DNA of 64,000 bases from positions 1,568,001-1,632,000 of the forward strand of contig CAVUDP010000002.1 in assembly GCA_963740315.1 (NCBI GenBank), written 5' to 3'. Positions 41,107 through 50,820 of this stretch are shown in pieces. The DNA comes from an uncultured cyanobacterium (lineage in GTDB: Bacteria; Cyanobacteriota; Cyanobacteriia; Cyanobacteriales; Nostocaceae). The translations under genes and the position numbers were made by a program. Numbering within the stretch: the first letter of the stretch is position 1; the number at the start of each line of letters is the position of its first letter. The notes under the pieces are model-generated. The model worked only from the letters and a program-made list of their open reading frames with translations. It made no database searches and had not been told where the DNA came from.

Positions 41107-42183
41107 ATGTTTGACGCAATTATAATTTTCTCATTCGTCTTAGCAGCAACCGGAATAGGTTACTACAGCATTAATTTACTACCCCAAGGTACGCTAGAGG
41201 GTGTAAGTAACCTAGAAGCTTTACGCTTCGTAGTTGCAGCTTTTGCAGCCATTATCGGCGGCGCTGTTGGGCTTCGAGTTCAAACTGGATATCGCCGTTT
41301 TGAAGCTCAAGTTCGAGAATTACCACTCGAAGTTATTTTGACACGTTCAATTGGTTTAGTGATTGGACTGTTGGTAGCCAACTTAATGTTAGCGCCGCTA
41401 TTTTTGCTACCAATTCCTGCTGATTTCAGCTTTATCAAGCCATTAGTAGCTGTTATGGGTAGTATCACCCTGGCATATAGTGGCATGAATTTAGCCGATA
41501 CTCACGGACGCGGTTTGTTACGATTAATAAATCCCAATACGTTAGAAACAATGGTAGCGGAAGGGACTCTAAAGCCCGCTTATACCAAAGTTTTAGATAC
41601 TAGCTGCATTATTGATGGTCGCATTGAAACGCTGCTAGATACCGGCTTTTTGGAAGGACAAATTATCGTACCGCAATTTATTTTGCTGGAGTTACAGCAA
41701 GTAGCAGATGCTAGCAAAGATCAAAAGCGGGTGCGGGGAAGAAGAGGATTAGAGATTCTCAACCGGATTAAGAAATCTTATCCCGAACGTATTATAATTA
41801 ACTCCCTTGATTACGAGGAGATTGCTACGGTAGATGCAAAATTAGTCAGGTTTGCTCAAGAAATCAACGCGACTTTGTTAACTAACGACTACAACTTATC
41901 AAAAGTCGCTAGCGTACAGAAAGTACCCGTTTTGAATGTTAACGATTTGGTGAATGCGGTGCGCCCGAATTATTTACCAGGCGATAACATTGACTTGAAA
42001 ATACTTAAAGAAGGTAAAGAACCCAGTCAAGGGATCGGTTATTTAAACGACGGTACGATGGTAGTTGTTGAGGAAGGAAGTACTTTTGTAGGTGGTGAAT
42101 TACGAGTCGTAGTTACCAGTTCATTGCAGACTTCTGCTGGTAGAATGATTTTTGCTAAACCTCAAGCTTCTGCATTTGCATAA
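41107..42183 (+). CDS. membrane PIN/TRAM domain protein (YacL-like)
   Basis: TM N-terminus; LDTSCIIDGRI, RGRRGL, TNDYNL, GIGYLNDGTMVVVE. Confidence 0.9.
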   Translation: MFDAIIIFSFVLAATGIGYYSINLLPQGTLEGVSNLEALRFVVAAFAAIIGGAVGLRVQTGYRRFEAQVRELPLEVILTRSIGLVIGLLVANLMLAPLFLLPIPADFSFIKPLVAVMGSITLAYSGMNLADTHGRGLLRLINPNTLETMVAEGTLKPAYTKVLDTSCIIDGRIETLLDTGFLEGQIIVPQFILLELQQVADASKDQKRVRGRRGLEILNRIKKSYPERIIINSLDYEEIATVDAKLVRFAQEINATLLTNDYNLSKVASVQKVPVLNVNDLVNAVRPNYLPGDNIDLKILKEGKEPSQGIGYLNDGTMVVVEEGSTFVGGELRVVVTSSLQTSAGRMIFAKPQASAFA

Positions 42184-42319
42184 ATGTTTGAAGCATATTT
42201 AAACAACTCCATAAATTCAGGCGATCGATGTAGTTTAACTGCATCGATTGTTTTTTGAGATATATGTACTAGCATTATTATACGCTTACACTTTTCGGCG
42301 AGTGATAATTGATAAATAA

Positions 42320-42502
42320 ATGGCACGTCCGTTACGACAGAAAAATTGCTCCCTATGCAGTCAACCTGCATTAATCTTATACAGAGTTAAATATCTTGAA
42401 GATAGCGATTGGGTTTTTGTATGTCCGCAATGTTGGGAAAAAATAAGTCAAAATAACCCCTTTTATGTTTATGGCGGAACTTGGAAAGCTAAGAAAAAGT
42501 AA
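42320..42502 (+). CDS. small CxxC...CxxC protein
   Basis: CSLC...WVFVCPQCW...YVYGGTWKAKKK. Confidence 0.6.
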   Translation: MARPLRQKNCSLCSQPALILYRVKYLEDSDWVFVCPQCWEKISQNNPFYVYGGTWKAKKK

Positions 42503-42632
42503 CATCTATCAGTTACCAGTTAGCAGTTACCAGTTACCAGTGAGGAGTTAGAAGTTAGTATTTTTCAACCTTTAACCTTTGATCTTTAACCTTTAACCTT
42601 TGACCTTTGACCTTAAAATATTATTTTTAATT

Positions 42633-43043
42633 ATGAATAATAACGAATTTGATATTCCTAAAAAAATCAAATCGCTTTCTCAAAATTTACTATGGATGAG
42701 CGAGTCAGATTATCCTTTTGATATTTTTACATGGTCTAATCAAGAATTACAAGAAGTCAACACCCAGAATATACTGCAAAAAACCAGCCACTCCCTTGAT
42801 GCTCCTGTAAAAGTAGTAGATATGGAAAAGTTTTTTCAACGAGCCACAGCCGAAAAAGACTGGTACGACGATGAAGAAAGGGAAACAGCCAAAAAATATC
42901 AAGCTCTTGTAGACACTTTAAAGCAAAACTTAGACAATATCCAAGTTTATAAAATAGGTGAAGTTGAAATTGATGTTTATATTGTCGGTCAACTAAAATC
43001 GGGAGATTGGGTTGGTTTGTCAACAAAAGCTGTAGAAACTTAA
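42633..43043 (+). CDS. nuiA: nuclease A inhibitor (ORF track start 42600; ATG 42633 likelier)
   Basis: LLWMSESDYPF, VYKIGEVEIDVYIVG, GLSTKAVET; convergent with a NucA homologue. Confidence 0.9.
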   Translation: MNNNEFDIPKKIKSLSQNLLWMSESDYPFDIFTWSNQELQEVNTQNILQKTSHSLDAPVKVVDMEKFFQRATAEKDWYDDEERETAKKYQALVDTLKQNLDNIQVYKIGEVEIDVYIVGQLKSGDWVGLSTKAVET

Positions 43044-43151
43044 CTATTAGTTGTTAGTTGTTAATTGTTAGTAGCATGGTTTTGGTGAAAATGCCCAATG
43101 CCCATTCACCGGAGGTGGGAGGTAGCCCAATGCCCCATGCCTAATACCCAA

Positions 43152-44048
43152 TTAGCGATCGACTTTACTTTCAATTACTTGCTGAACGGATTCTGGTAGT
43201 CTACTTAGAAAGTTATAACCCGTCTTGGCTTCAAGTTCATCGACTGAGACTAAGTATCTTTTCCAATCGTCGCTGGTATTTTGGCGATTGGTGACGTTTA
43301 CAGCGATAACTCTTGTATTTTCAGATATTTCTCTTATACCTTGTCCGGGTTTATCTAAAACCACAATCACTTTCCAGGTAGTTGTAGGTGCGGTAACTTC
43401 TTTTTTTCTACCAATTTTTCGAGAATTACCATCAACGCCAGCAATAATATAAAGTTCTTTACCTTGCCTCACCAAATACCGACAGTATTCTTCTAATTCG
43501 CGCCACGCACCTCGGTTGTTATCCGGAGTTTGCGGGACAATATTGGTCATTAAGAAAGTAGCTAAATTATCTGCTACGCTGGCAGTGCGATCGGCAGAGG
43601 GTACCATATGTCCGCGATCGTAGCCGCTACCAGTGTAATCGCTTGGTTTAATGCGATACCAGTCTGGAGGTAGAGAATCATCGGGACGAAAATCATCTTG
43701 ACGTTCAACATTACCCAACCAACTTTTATTAAGTTGCCAAGCCACCCAGTTTGGTGTACCTCTTTCCCGACTGTATGATAAAGCGTATTGAGGTTTTATC
43801 ATTAAATAATTATTGGGATTTTCCCCTGCATTACTGGGATTACCCATTACTAAATGAGGACTAACTGGTTGTGGTAGCAGTAATTGACAACCAGCAATCA
43901 AGGTGATTAAGAGTACGGGAATAACAAAAACTAGTTTTCGTTTCACAATTATTTTCAGAAGTTGCCGTTTAGCAGTATTCCATTGTCTAGCGCCTTTGAA
44001 AAGGGGTGATTTGACTAAATATTTAAATAAGAAACCCGGTTTTTTCAA
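43152..44048 (-). CDS. nucA: sugar-nonspecific DNA/RNA endonuclease (true start probably downstream of 44048)
   Basis: GYDRGHMVPSADR, TFLMTNIVPQTPDNNRGAW. Confidence 0.9.
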   Translation of the reverse strand: MKKPGFLFKYLVKSPLFKGARQWNTAKRQLLKIIVKRKLVFVIPVLLITLIAGCQLLLPQPVSPHLVMGNPSNAGENPNNYLMIKPQYALSYSRERGTPNWVAWQLNKSWLGNVERQDDFRPDDSLPPDWYRIKPSDYTGSGYDRGHMVPSADRTASVADNLATFLMTNIVPQTPDNNRGAWRELEEYCRYLVRQGKELYIIAGVDGNSRKIGRKKEVTAPTTTWKVIVVLDKPGQGIREISENTRVIAVNVTNRQNTSDDWKRYLVSVDELEAKTGYNFLSRLPESVQQVIESKVDR

Positions 44049-44140
44049 AAAACCAGGATTATAAATAGTCTAAAATGTTGGGATTGCTTCCTTAAACTAC
44101 ATTTGGGGAACATTGATATTTTTTTGCGTAAGTCCTATAA

Positions 44141-44461
44141 CTAATTATTATTAATTACAGCAAGATGAACTAACATCAACTGCTTGTCATCGTCAAGTGT
44201 TTTCAGCAAAGGACTTTTAATCGCTTTTTTCGCGATCGCAATTTGTGTTTCTAATGGCAAGTTTTCAAAGTCTATTTCTTGAAGACGATGACTATCTTTT
44301 TCCGGACAATGCCATTCGTATTTAACTATAAAATTAGCATACAGCGCCCATTTACTTAAGCTGCCATATTTTAGATGGGTAAGGTCTTTGGTATAAGTTA
44401 CGATCAGTTGCGAGTGCATATTTATATTTAAATTAGATGAATTTCTATTTAGTTTTAACAT
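44141..44461 (-). CDS. hypothetical protein
   Basis: ORF only. Confidence 0.45.
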   Translation of the reverse strand: MLKLNRNSSNLNINMHSQLIVTYTKDLTHLKYGSLSKWALYANFIVKYEWHCPEKDSHRLQEIDFENLPLETQIAIAKKAIKSPLLKTLDDDKQLMLVHLAVINNN

Positions 44462-45200
44462 CTTATTATAGTAGTTGGTAAAAAGTAAGAAATAGAAGGC
44501 AGAAGGAGGAATTTAAACTATTATCTTTGATATTTCCAAGTTTCAGCCTAATTTAACTGAAAAAAGCGTTTCTAACTATTAGTATAAAGAATGAGTTTCA
44601 TTTATGTACTATGAGAGAGCTTAATCATTATATTGTCATGCGAATGTGACAAGAAAGTGATTTTTTGGCAATTTAAAAAATATGTACAGTTCTACTATCT
44701 CTGAAAACAAATTCACTAATAACTTTTACATAGTTTGACAAAAGAATCAGTTTTATTGATGATAACATTCGTCTATTTTTGACTTGAAAAGAGGCTTTAA
44801 CGTAAATATTTAGCCTTTTTCGCTTGTATTCGCTGTTTATCAACAAAGTAACTATCTCATAATTCTAACAAGCACGAATAATGCTTTTATATTTATTGTT
44901 TTATCACCATAACAAATACATATAGGGGAGTGTCAATTGTATTCTAAATTTTGAGTCTTTGCAAAATAATCAATTATGCTTTAAGTCAGTAATATTACTT
45001 AAATTATCAACAATAATTGATTGCCGATCGAGCCGAATAGAGGTTGTTAAAAAGTAATTTATTCTAACTCGTATATATCGGATACAACACTTCTTTTGTG
45101 CAGTAAATTTTAATAAGGTTTTATTTATAATTAAAGAGGTATAAAGATTGTTTTTGAGTTATAACAATTATGTATGACTTTGCAATCTATCCAGTTAGAT

Positions 45201-45587
45201 TTAATTTTCGTAAATTTCTAAGGGTAAATCATTAGGATCTTTAAAAAAAGTAAATCGTTTTCCAGTAATTTCATCAATCCTAATATCTTCTACTGCTACA
45301 CCTTTTGATTTCAAATAGCTAACACTTTCTTCTATATTATCGACTTCAAAAGAAAGATGTCTTAAACCACAAGCTTCTGGATTGCTGGCTCTTTGCGGTG
45401 GATTAGGAAAAGAAAATAGCTCAATTTGGTCGTTTTCTCCGACTCGCAAATCTAATTTGTAAGAGTTTCTCGACTGGCGAAAGGTTTCTTCTACAATCGA
45501 AAAACCTAAAACTTCTGTATAAAACTTTTTGGACAGTTCGTAATCCGAGCAAATAATTGCGATGTGGTGGATTCGATTGACTTTCAT
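45201..45587 (-). CDS. VOC/glyoxalase family protein (YaeR-like); ORF track extension to 45740 is STRR-derived
   Basis: MKVNRIHHIAIICSDY, EACGLRHLSFEV, FFKDPNDLPLEIYE. Confidence 0.9.
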   Translation of the reverse strand: MKVNRIHHIAIICSDYELSKKFYTEVLGFSIVEETFRQSRNSYKLDLRVGENDQIELFSFPNPPQRASNPEACGLRHLSFEVDNIEESVSYLKSKGVAVEDIRIDEITGKRFTFFKDPNDLPLEIYEN

Positions 45588-45763
45588 TGTCGGTTGGGAA
45601 AGGTATTGAGTATTGAGTGAGGAGTATTGAGTTAGGAGTATTGAGTTAGGAGTAAAGAAGGCGGAGGAAGCCTTCGGTTGCGGAGGAAGCGGAGGAAGCA
45701 ATTTAAAATTAATTTTTCTCCCCATCTCCCCCAACCCCATCTCCCCCTCTTCCCATCACAAAA

Positions 45764-47032
45764 TCAAGTATCTTGCAATGTAGTTTTAGAAACGATTCTG
45801 GTTTTCTTTTTATCGGCTTCTGATAGTTCTTCTCCAGATTGCAAGCGGGTTGCAGAAGTTTGTAAAACTGTTGCTGCACCGCTATCTCCCATTTGCAAAG
45901 CTGTTTTCGCTGCGGTTTGCAACATGGTAGCAGCACCAGCGCGATCGCCTTGTTGTAGTTTGGCTTCTGCAAGCTGGGTTTGCCGATACTTAGCTAATGC
46001 TAGTATGTGGGGCTGAACTTGTGGATTGGCTGTGGGTTGGTATGTTTGAGCTACGTTAATTTCTATGGGAATTGTATCTGAGAGTAATCCCGCCATATTG
46101 CTTGCTGGGTCGTCGTAACGGACTTGCAGTTGAGCTATTGTATGATTACCTTCGGCGAATTGTCCCAAATAGATATTGGCTAAAACTGTTCTTTGACTAT
46201 CTTTCATTAAGTCACCCAAACGCACGGCTAAACGTCCGTCTGCTTCTTGCTGCACTGGTAATTCGATGGTATCGGGGAATACCTGGGCAACAGGTTTAAG
46301 TTCAGCTAACCGAACCTTGGGCATTAACGAAAATAGCAGATAGGCATTGGTTAAACCGACAGTTTGAATGCGGCTGAATAACTGATTAAACTTATCTTCA
46401 GCTTCTTCCGGTTGTGCGATATGGGACAAACTACCACCGCCAGCATCGGCGATTTGTTCGAGAATATCCTGGTTCCAATTATCGCCAAATCCGAGAGAAT
46501 TTAGGGTTAAACTGTAATCTATGGCTAATTGAGCAAACTTTAAACAGCGATTGTTATCGCCATGTTCGTTTTCACCATCAGTTAATAAAAAAGCTTGAGA
46601 AATCGCTTCTTTTTTGCCTTTAGCTAATTCCTCAATACCCAAACGCAAACCTTCATCAATCGAAGTACCACCATCAGCACTGAGACGATTTATTTGCTGT
46701 TTGATACCTTCCCTGTCTTCAATTTCCTGATTGGGAACGAGTACCTTAGCGCGGTGATCGAAAACTACAATACTGAGGCGATCGCCATTTTTGAGTCGAT
46801 CCACAATCCGGTTTGCGGCTTTTTTTACAGTTTCTAGCGGACGACCGTTCATGGAACCGCTATGGTCTAAAATTAAGCATAAATTGAGGGGAACATTGCG
46901 ATCGAGGTTTTCAGTCTTAGCGGTTAAAGAAACTGCCAACTGACGTTGAGAGCTTGATTGATTTACATCTAGATGACTATCATTGAGTTCGGGCAACAAG
47001 CTAACTTTCATATGGGTTGCGGTTCCTTGCAC
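45764..47032 (-). CDS. VWA domain protein
   Basis: MIDAS LDHSGSM, GGTSI, LLTDGE. Confidence 0.9.
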   Translation of the reverse strand: MQGTATHMKVSLLPELNDSHLDVNQSSSQRQLAVSLTAKTENLDRNVPLNLCLILDHSGSMNGRPLETVKKAANRIVDRLKNGDRLSIVVFDHRAKVLVPNQEIEDREGIKQQINRLSADGGTSIDEGLRLGIEELAKGKKEAISQAFLLTDGENEHGDNNRCLKFAQLAIDYSLTLNSLGFGDNWNQDILEQIADAGGGSLSHIAQPEEAEDKFNQLFSRIQTVGLTNAYLLFSLMPKVRLAELKPVAQVFPDTIELPVQQEADGRLAVRLGDLMKDSQRTVLANIYLGQFAEGNHTIAQLQVRYDDPASNMAGLLSDTIPIEINVAQTYQPTANPQVQPHILALAKYRQTQLAEAKLQQGDRAGAATMLQTAAKTALQMGDSGAATVLQTSATRLQSGEELSEADKKKTRIVSKTTLQDT

Positions 47033-47412
47033 GGACTATACATTATATATAAATAACTCCAGGATGCAGCACGGTCGCTACGGAAAACTCCCCAAAAGGG
47101 TTCATTATTAAATAATATTCATAATCGGACTTGCTCAAAAATTAAATTAAAAGCAACTATTAAACTTTGTTCAAATTTAATTTTTTCATTAAAATAATTG
47201 TATTTTGTCTCTCTTTATAGTAATAGAGCAGCGAATCATAAATTGTATATTCATTTGATATGCAGACCTTTAACATGCAGACCTTTAACCTGCGGATTTA
47301 CCGATTCCAAACCACAAATAATAAAAAGCGAGAAATCCACACCTCCATAGTCGCTATCCTCGCGTTAGTATGTACTACAGTTAACAGCATGAATTCAGGC
47401 AACAGTTGAAAA

Positions 47413-48102
47413 ATGGAAAATTCCCCCATCAAGGCTGTACAAGCGCCTTATTACGGAGATAACAATTACCGCACACCGCCACCAGATTTACAATCGTTGC
47501 TACTAAAGGAGCGAATTGTCTATCTTGGACTGCCATTAGTATCTGGAGCCTTTTCCCAGCTTGGCGGTCATTCTGTCGCCGACTTAATCGTTGCTCAACT
47601 GTTGTATTTACAGTCGGACGATCCAGAAAAGCCGATTAAAATTTACATCAACTCGACTGGTACCTCTGGTTATGACGGCGATCCAATTGGGTTTGAAACA
47701 GAAGCTTTTGCCGTCTACGATACGATGCGGTATATTAAGCCACCTATTCATACGATTTGCATGGGTTCGGCTATGGGTATGGCAGCACTACTTCTTGCTG
47801 CTGGAACAAAAGGTTGTCGCGCTAGCTTACCAAATGCCTCGATAGTTCTGCACCAGCCCAAAAGCTTTGCTCAAGGGCAAGCCACCGACATCCAAATCCG
47901 GGCAAAAGAAGTTTTGGCAAACAAAGCAACGATGATCGGAATCCTCTCAGAAAGCACCAATCAAGACAAGGCAAAAATTGAGAAGGATATGGATCGTCTC
48001 TTGTACATGACACCCTATCAAGCGGTGGAATACGGTTTAATTGACCGAGTATTTGAGAAAAACGAAGTTGCTAATCCTCCCATTCCTGCTGGCGTTCTTT
48101 AA
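47413..48102 (+). CDS. clpR: ClpP-like non-catalytic subunit ClpR
   Basis: RTPPPDLQSLLLKERIVYLG; GSAMGMAA lacks the catalytic Ser; upstream of clpP. Confidence 0.85.
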   Translation: MENSPIKAVQAPYYGDNNYRTPPPDLQSLLLKERIVYLGLPLVSGAFSQLGGHSVADLIVAQLLYLQSDDPEKPIKIYINSTGTSGYDGDPIGFETEAFAVYDTMRYIKPPIHTICMGSAMGMAALLLAAGTKGCRASLPNASIVLHQPKSFAQGQATDIQIRAKEVLANKATMIGILSESTNQDKAKIEKDMDRLLYMTPYQAVEYGLIDRVFEKNEVANPPIPAGVL

Positions 48103-48213
48103 AACAGTTAGGGGTTGGGAGTTAAAAGTTTTGTTTTAAAAAATAACTCTTGATTATTGCTTCTAATTCCTTAACTCGTAATTATAACTATTCAAAAACT
48201 GGAGTTACACAAA

Positions 48214-48810
48214 ATGCCTATAGGAGTTCCTCAAGTTCCTTACCGGATGCCCGGTGGACAGTATACACAGTGGATTGATATCTACAACCGTCTTTTCCTC
48301 GAACGAATAGTATTTTTGAGTTCGGAGGTTAATGATGGAATGGCGAATCAACTTATAGCCCAAATGCTGTATATGGATTCGGAAGATCCAGGTAAAGATA
48401 TACTTTTGTACATCAACTCTCCAGGTGGCTCGGTAACGGCTGGTTTGGCGATTTTCGATACCATGCAGCACATCAAATCGGATGTGGTAACAATTTGTGT
48501 TGGTTTGGCGGCTTCAATGGGTTCTTTCCTATTGGCTGCTGGTGCCAAAGGTAAGCGATTAGCCTTACCTCACTCGCGGATTATGATTCACCAACCTTCG
48601 GGGGGCGCTCGCGGGCAAGCAACCGACATCGAAATCGAAGCAAGAGAAATTCTACGGATTCGTCACCAGCTAAACGGTATTTATGCCGAAAATACTGGTC
48701 AAACAATCGAAAAAATTGAAAAAGACATGGATCGTGACTTTTTCATGTCCGCCGAAGAAGCGAAAGAATATGGTTTGATTGACAAAGTAATTGAAGATCG
48801 ACCAGCTTAG
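48214..48810 (+). CDS. clpP: ATP-dependent Clp protease proteolytic subunit
   Basis: [30 protein letters not shown]. Confidence 0.96.
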   Translation: MPIGVPQVPYRMPGGQYTQWIDIYNRLFLERIVFLSSEVNDGMANQLIAQMLYMDSEDPGKDILLYINSPGGSVTAGLAIFDTMQHIKSDVVTICVGLAASMGSFLLAAGAKGKRLALPHSRIMIHQPSGGARGQATDIEIEAREILRIRHQLNGIYAENTGQTIEKIEKDMDRDFFMSAEEAKEYGLIDKVIEDRPA

Positions 48811-48811
48811 A

Positions 48812-49010
48812 AGAGATGGGGAGATGGGGAGATGGGGAGATGGGGAGATGGGGAGATGGGGAGATGGGGGAGAGGGGGGAGAGGGGGTAGATAATTAATT
48901 ATTATTAACTCCTAACTCCTAACTCCTAACTCCTAACTCCTAACTCCTAACTCCTAACTATTTACCAATGCCCCATGCCCAATGCCCAATGCCCCATCCC
49001 CCATTCCCTG
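48812..49010. repeat. STRR cluster: (GGGGAGAT)n then (CTCCTAA)n, (TGCCCAA)n
   Basis: Direct reading. Confidence 0.9.
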
Positions 49011-49157
49011 TTAACTTGTGCGTGACGAACTTTAAATTTATTGTTGAGTCTGTATCATTAATAGCTTCAGCAACAAGCTGGAAACATATTATAATCAGTC
49101 ACTTACTTTAATTTAAGGTAAGCTGACAACTGTTAAAAGTGCTTCTGATAGCTCGAA

Positions 49158-49799
49158 ATGGATCTTTTAGATTGCTACCGTTTATTGGGTTTAAGGTCGG
49201 GAGCTTCTTTTCCCGATATAAAATCGTCTTATCGCCGACTCGCACAGCAATATCATCCCGATATTAACCCGGATGATGAAAGAGCTAAGGAAAAGTTTAT
49301 TGCCTTAACTGAGGCATATAAATTGTTGTTGCAAGTTATACCGCCTCAACAGGAAAGTTCGTATCAGAAAGTTTCGCAAGCTTATGAAACCCCGCAAAAG
49401 AATCCGACGCGGGTTACAGAAACACGGCAGCAAAAATCGCATTCCGTGCCGAAGCAAGCCCCACCGTCAAAGCCGAAACCAAAACCGCCTCATGTTGCAG
49501 AAATCGAACGACGGCTAAAGTGGAAGACTTACGAACAGCTACAGCAATTTTTGAAGGAAAGGCGTTTCCCGCAAGCTATTGCGTTAGCAGAAGCTTTGGT
49601 GGAACGTTTACCCCATGATGCTGAGGTGCGGCAGTGGTTAGCTATATCATATCAGCTTTGGGGACGGGCATTAATTGCTGAAAAACAGTTGCTTAAAGCG
49701 AGAATTTATCTCAAAAAGGCTTTGAAGACCAATCCTAAGAATAAATCTTTAATTATTGAGGTGCAGCGCGATTTTAAGAAGTTAGAGCAGGTTTTTTGA
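49158..49799 (+). CDS. J-domain (DnaJ-type) protein with C-terminal TPR-like helices
   Basis: YRRLAQQYHPD. Confidence 0.88.
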   Translation: MDLLDCYRLLGLRSGASFPDIKSSYRRLAQQYHPDINPDDERAKEKFIALTEAYKLLLQVIPPQQESSYQKVSQAYETPQKNPTRVTETRQQKSHSVPKQAPPSKPKPKPPHVAEIERRLKWKTYEQLQQFLKERRFPQAIALAEALVERLPHDAEVRQWLAISYQLWGRALIAEKQLLKARIYLKKALKTNPKNKSLIIEVQRDFKKLEQVF

Positions 49800-49805
49800 G
49801 GCAAC

Positions 49806-49888
49806 AGGGAGTAGGGAGTTAGGAGTTAGGAGTTAGGAGTTAGGAGTTAGGAGTTAGGAGTTAGGAGTTAGGAGTTAGGAGTTAGGAG
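49806..49888. repeat. STRR array (GGAGTTA)n
   Basis: About 10 tandem copies. Confidence 0.9.
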
Positions 49889-49904
49889 AGATTTCAAGTT
49901 CTAT

Positions 49905-49993
49905 TCGAGTATTTATATTTGGGTTATCAAATAAATGTATATGGTCTGGTATGATTTGCAATGCGATAATCTGCCAGTCTTTTTGTTTACAAG
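49905..49993 (-). pseudogene. IS200 TnpA (HUH transposase) remnant
   Basis: Minus strand reads CKQKDWQIIALQIIPDHIHLF, matching the TnpA HUH motif. Confidence 0.65.
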
Positions 49994-50176
49994 TAGGACT
50001 TACGCAACAGAAGTCTTCTAAATTTATTTCATAGCGTTTCGATCTTCCCTAACCCCTCTTTTTTTAAGGGGGGGAATTGGAATTAAAGTCCTCCAATTTA
50101 GCGGGGGATTTAGGGGGATAGAGCCTATATGTGTGTACACCGTAACCTTCGCAAGGGGGGCTTTGCGTAAGTCCTA
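49994..50176. mobile_element. 183-bp MITE with 13-bp terminal inverted repeats
   Basis: TAGGACTTACGCA (49994-50006) and TGCGTAAGTCCTA (50164-50176); internal C-run/G-run hairpins; solo end at 44125-44137. Confidence 0.75.
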
Positions 50177-50820
50177 ATAAGTATCAAATATAATTATCGC
50201 AATCTTAAAACTGTAATGTATTGTCAATGGATTTCTTGGTTCTACGAATTTAAAGCTTAATTGCGGAAAACTTTGACATTTTAGTGCAAATTGTATTGAA
50301 ATTTTGATACTTTAATAATTATCATGTGATTGAAGATTTTTATTTCATTTTTTAAAATAGTTATTTATAAACTGATATCTTATAACTTTTTTGATGAATA
50401 ATTTTCCAGAAATTAATTTAATGGTGCGATCGCAGCTATTGCTATAACGCGCCCTGCAAGATGCTGTTAATAGTCGCTTGACAAAAATAGTCGCTTGAAG
50501 TAACCTTTCGATATACTGAAACTACTCATATTGATTTATATAAAGATGAAGCTGTTTTCAGTGTCTTTTCTAATACCTAAAAAGTCGTTAAAAGCTGACA
50601 TTCGTTTTTTTTAATATTTATTTGTATCTCCCTATTATTAATTGTGAGATAAAATGTTCCCTGGGAATAGTTCGTAATTTTCCTTTATTACTTAGTGCCT
50701 AATTCTGAGTAGTTAATCTATTTAGAATTATTTTCACAATTAAGAAGGAACACTATTTATTTTTTATAGTCTCTAATCTCTAATCATCACTAAAACAGTA
50801 ATTTTAGGGGTTAATAATTA

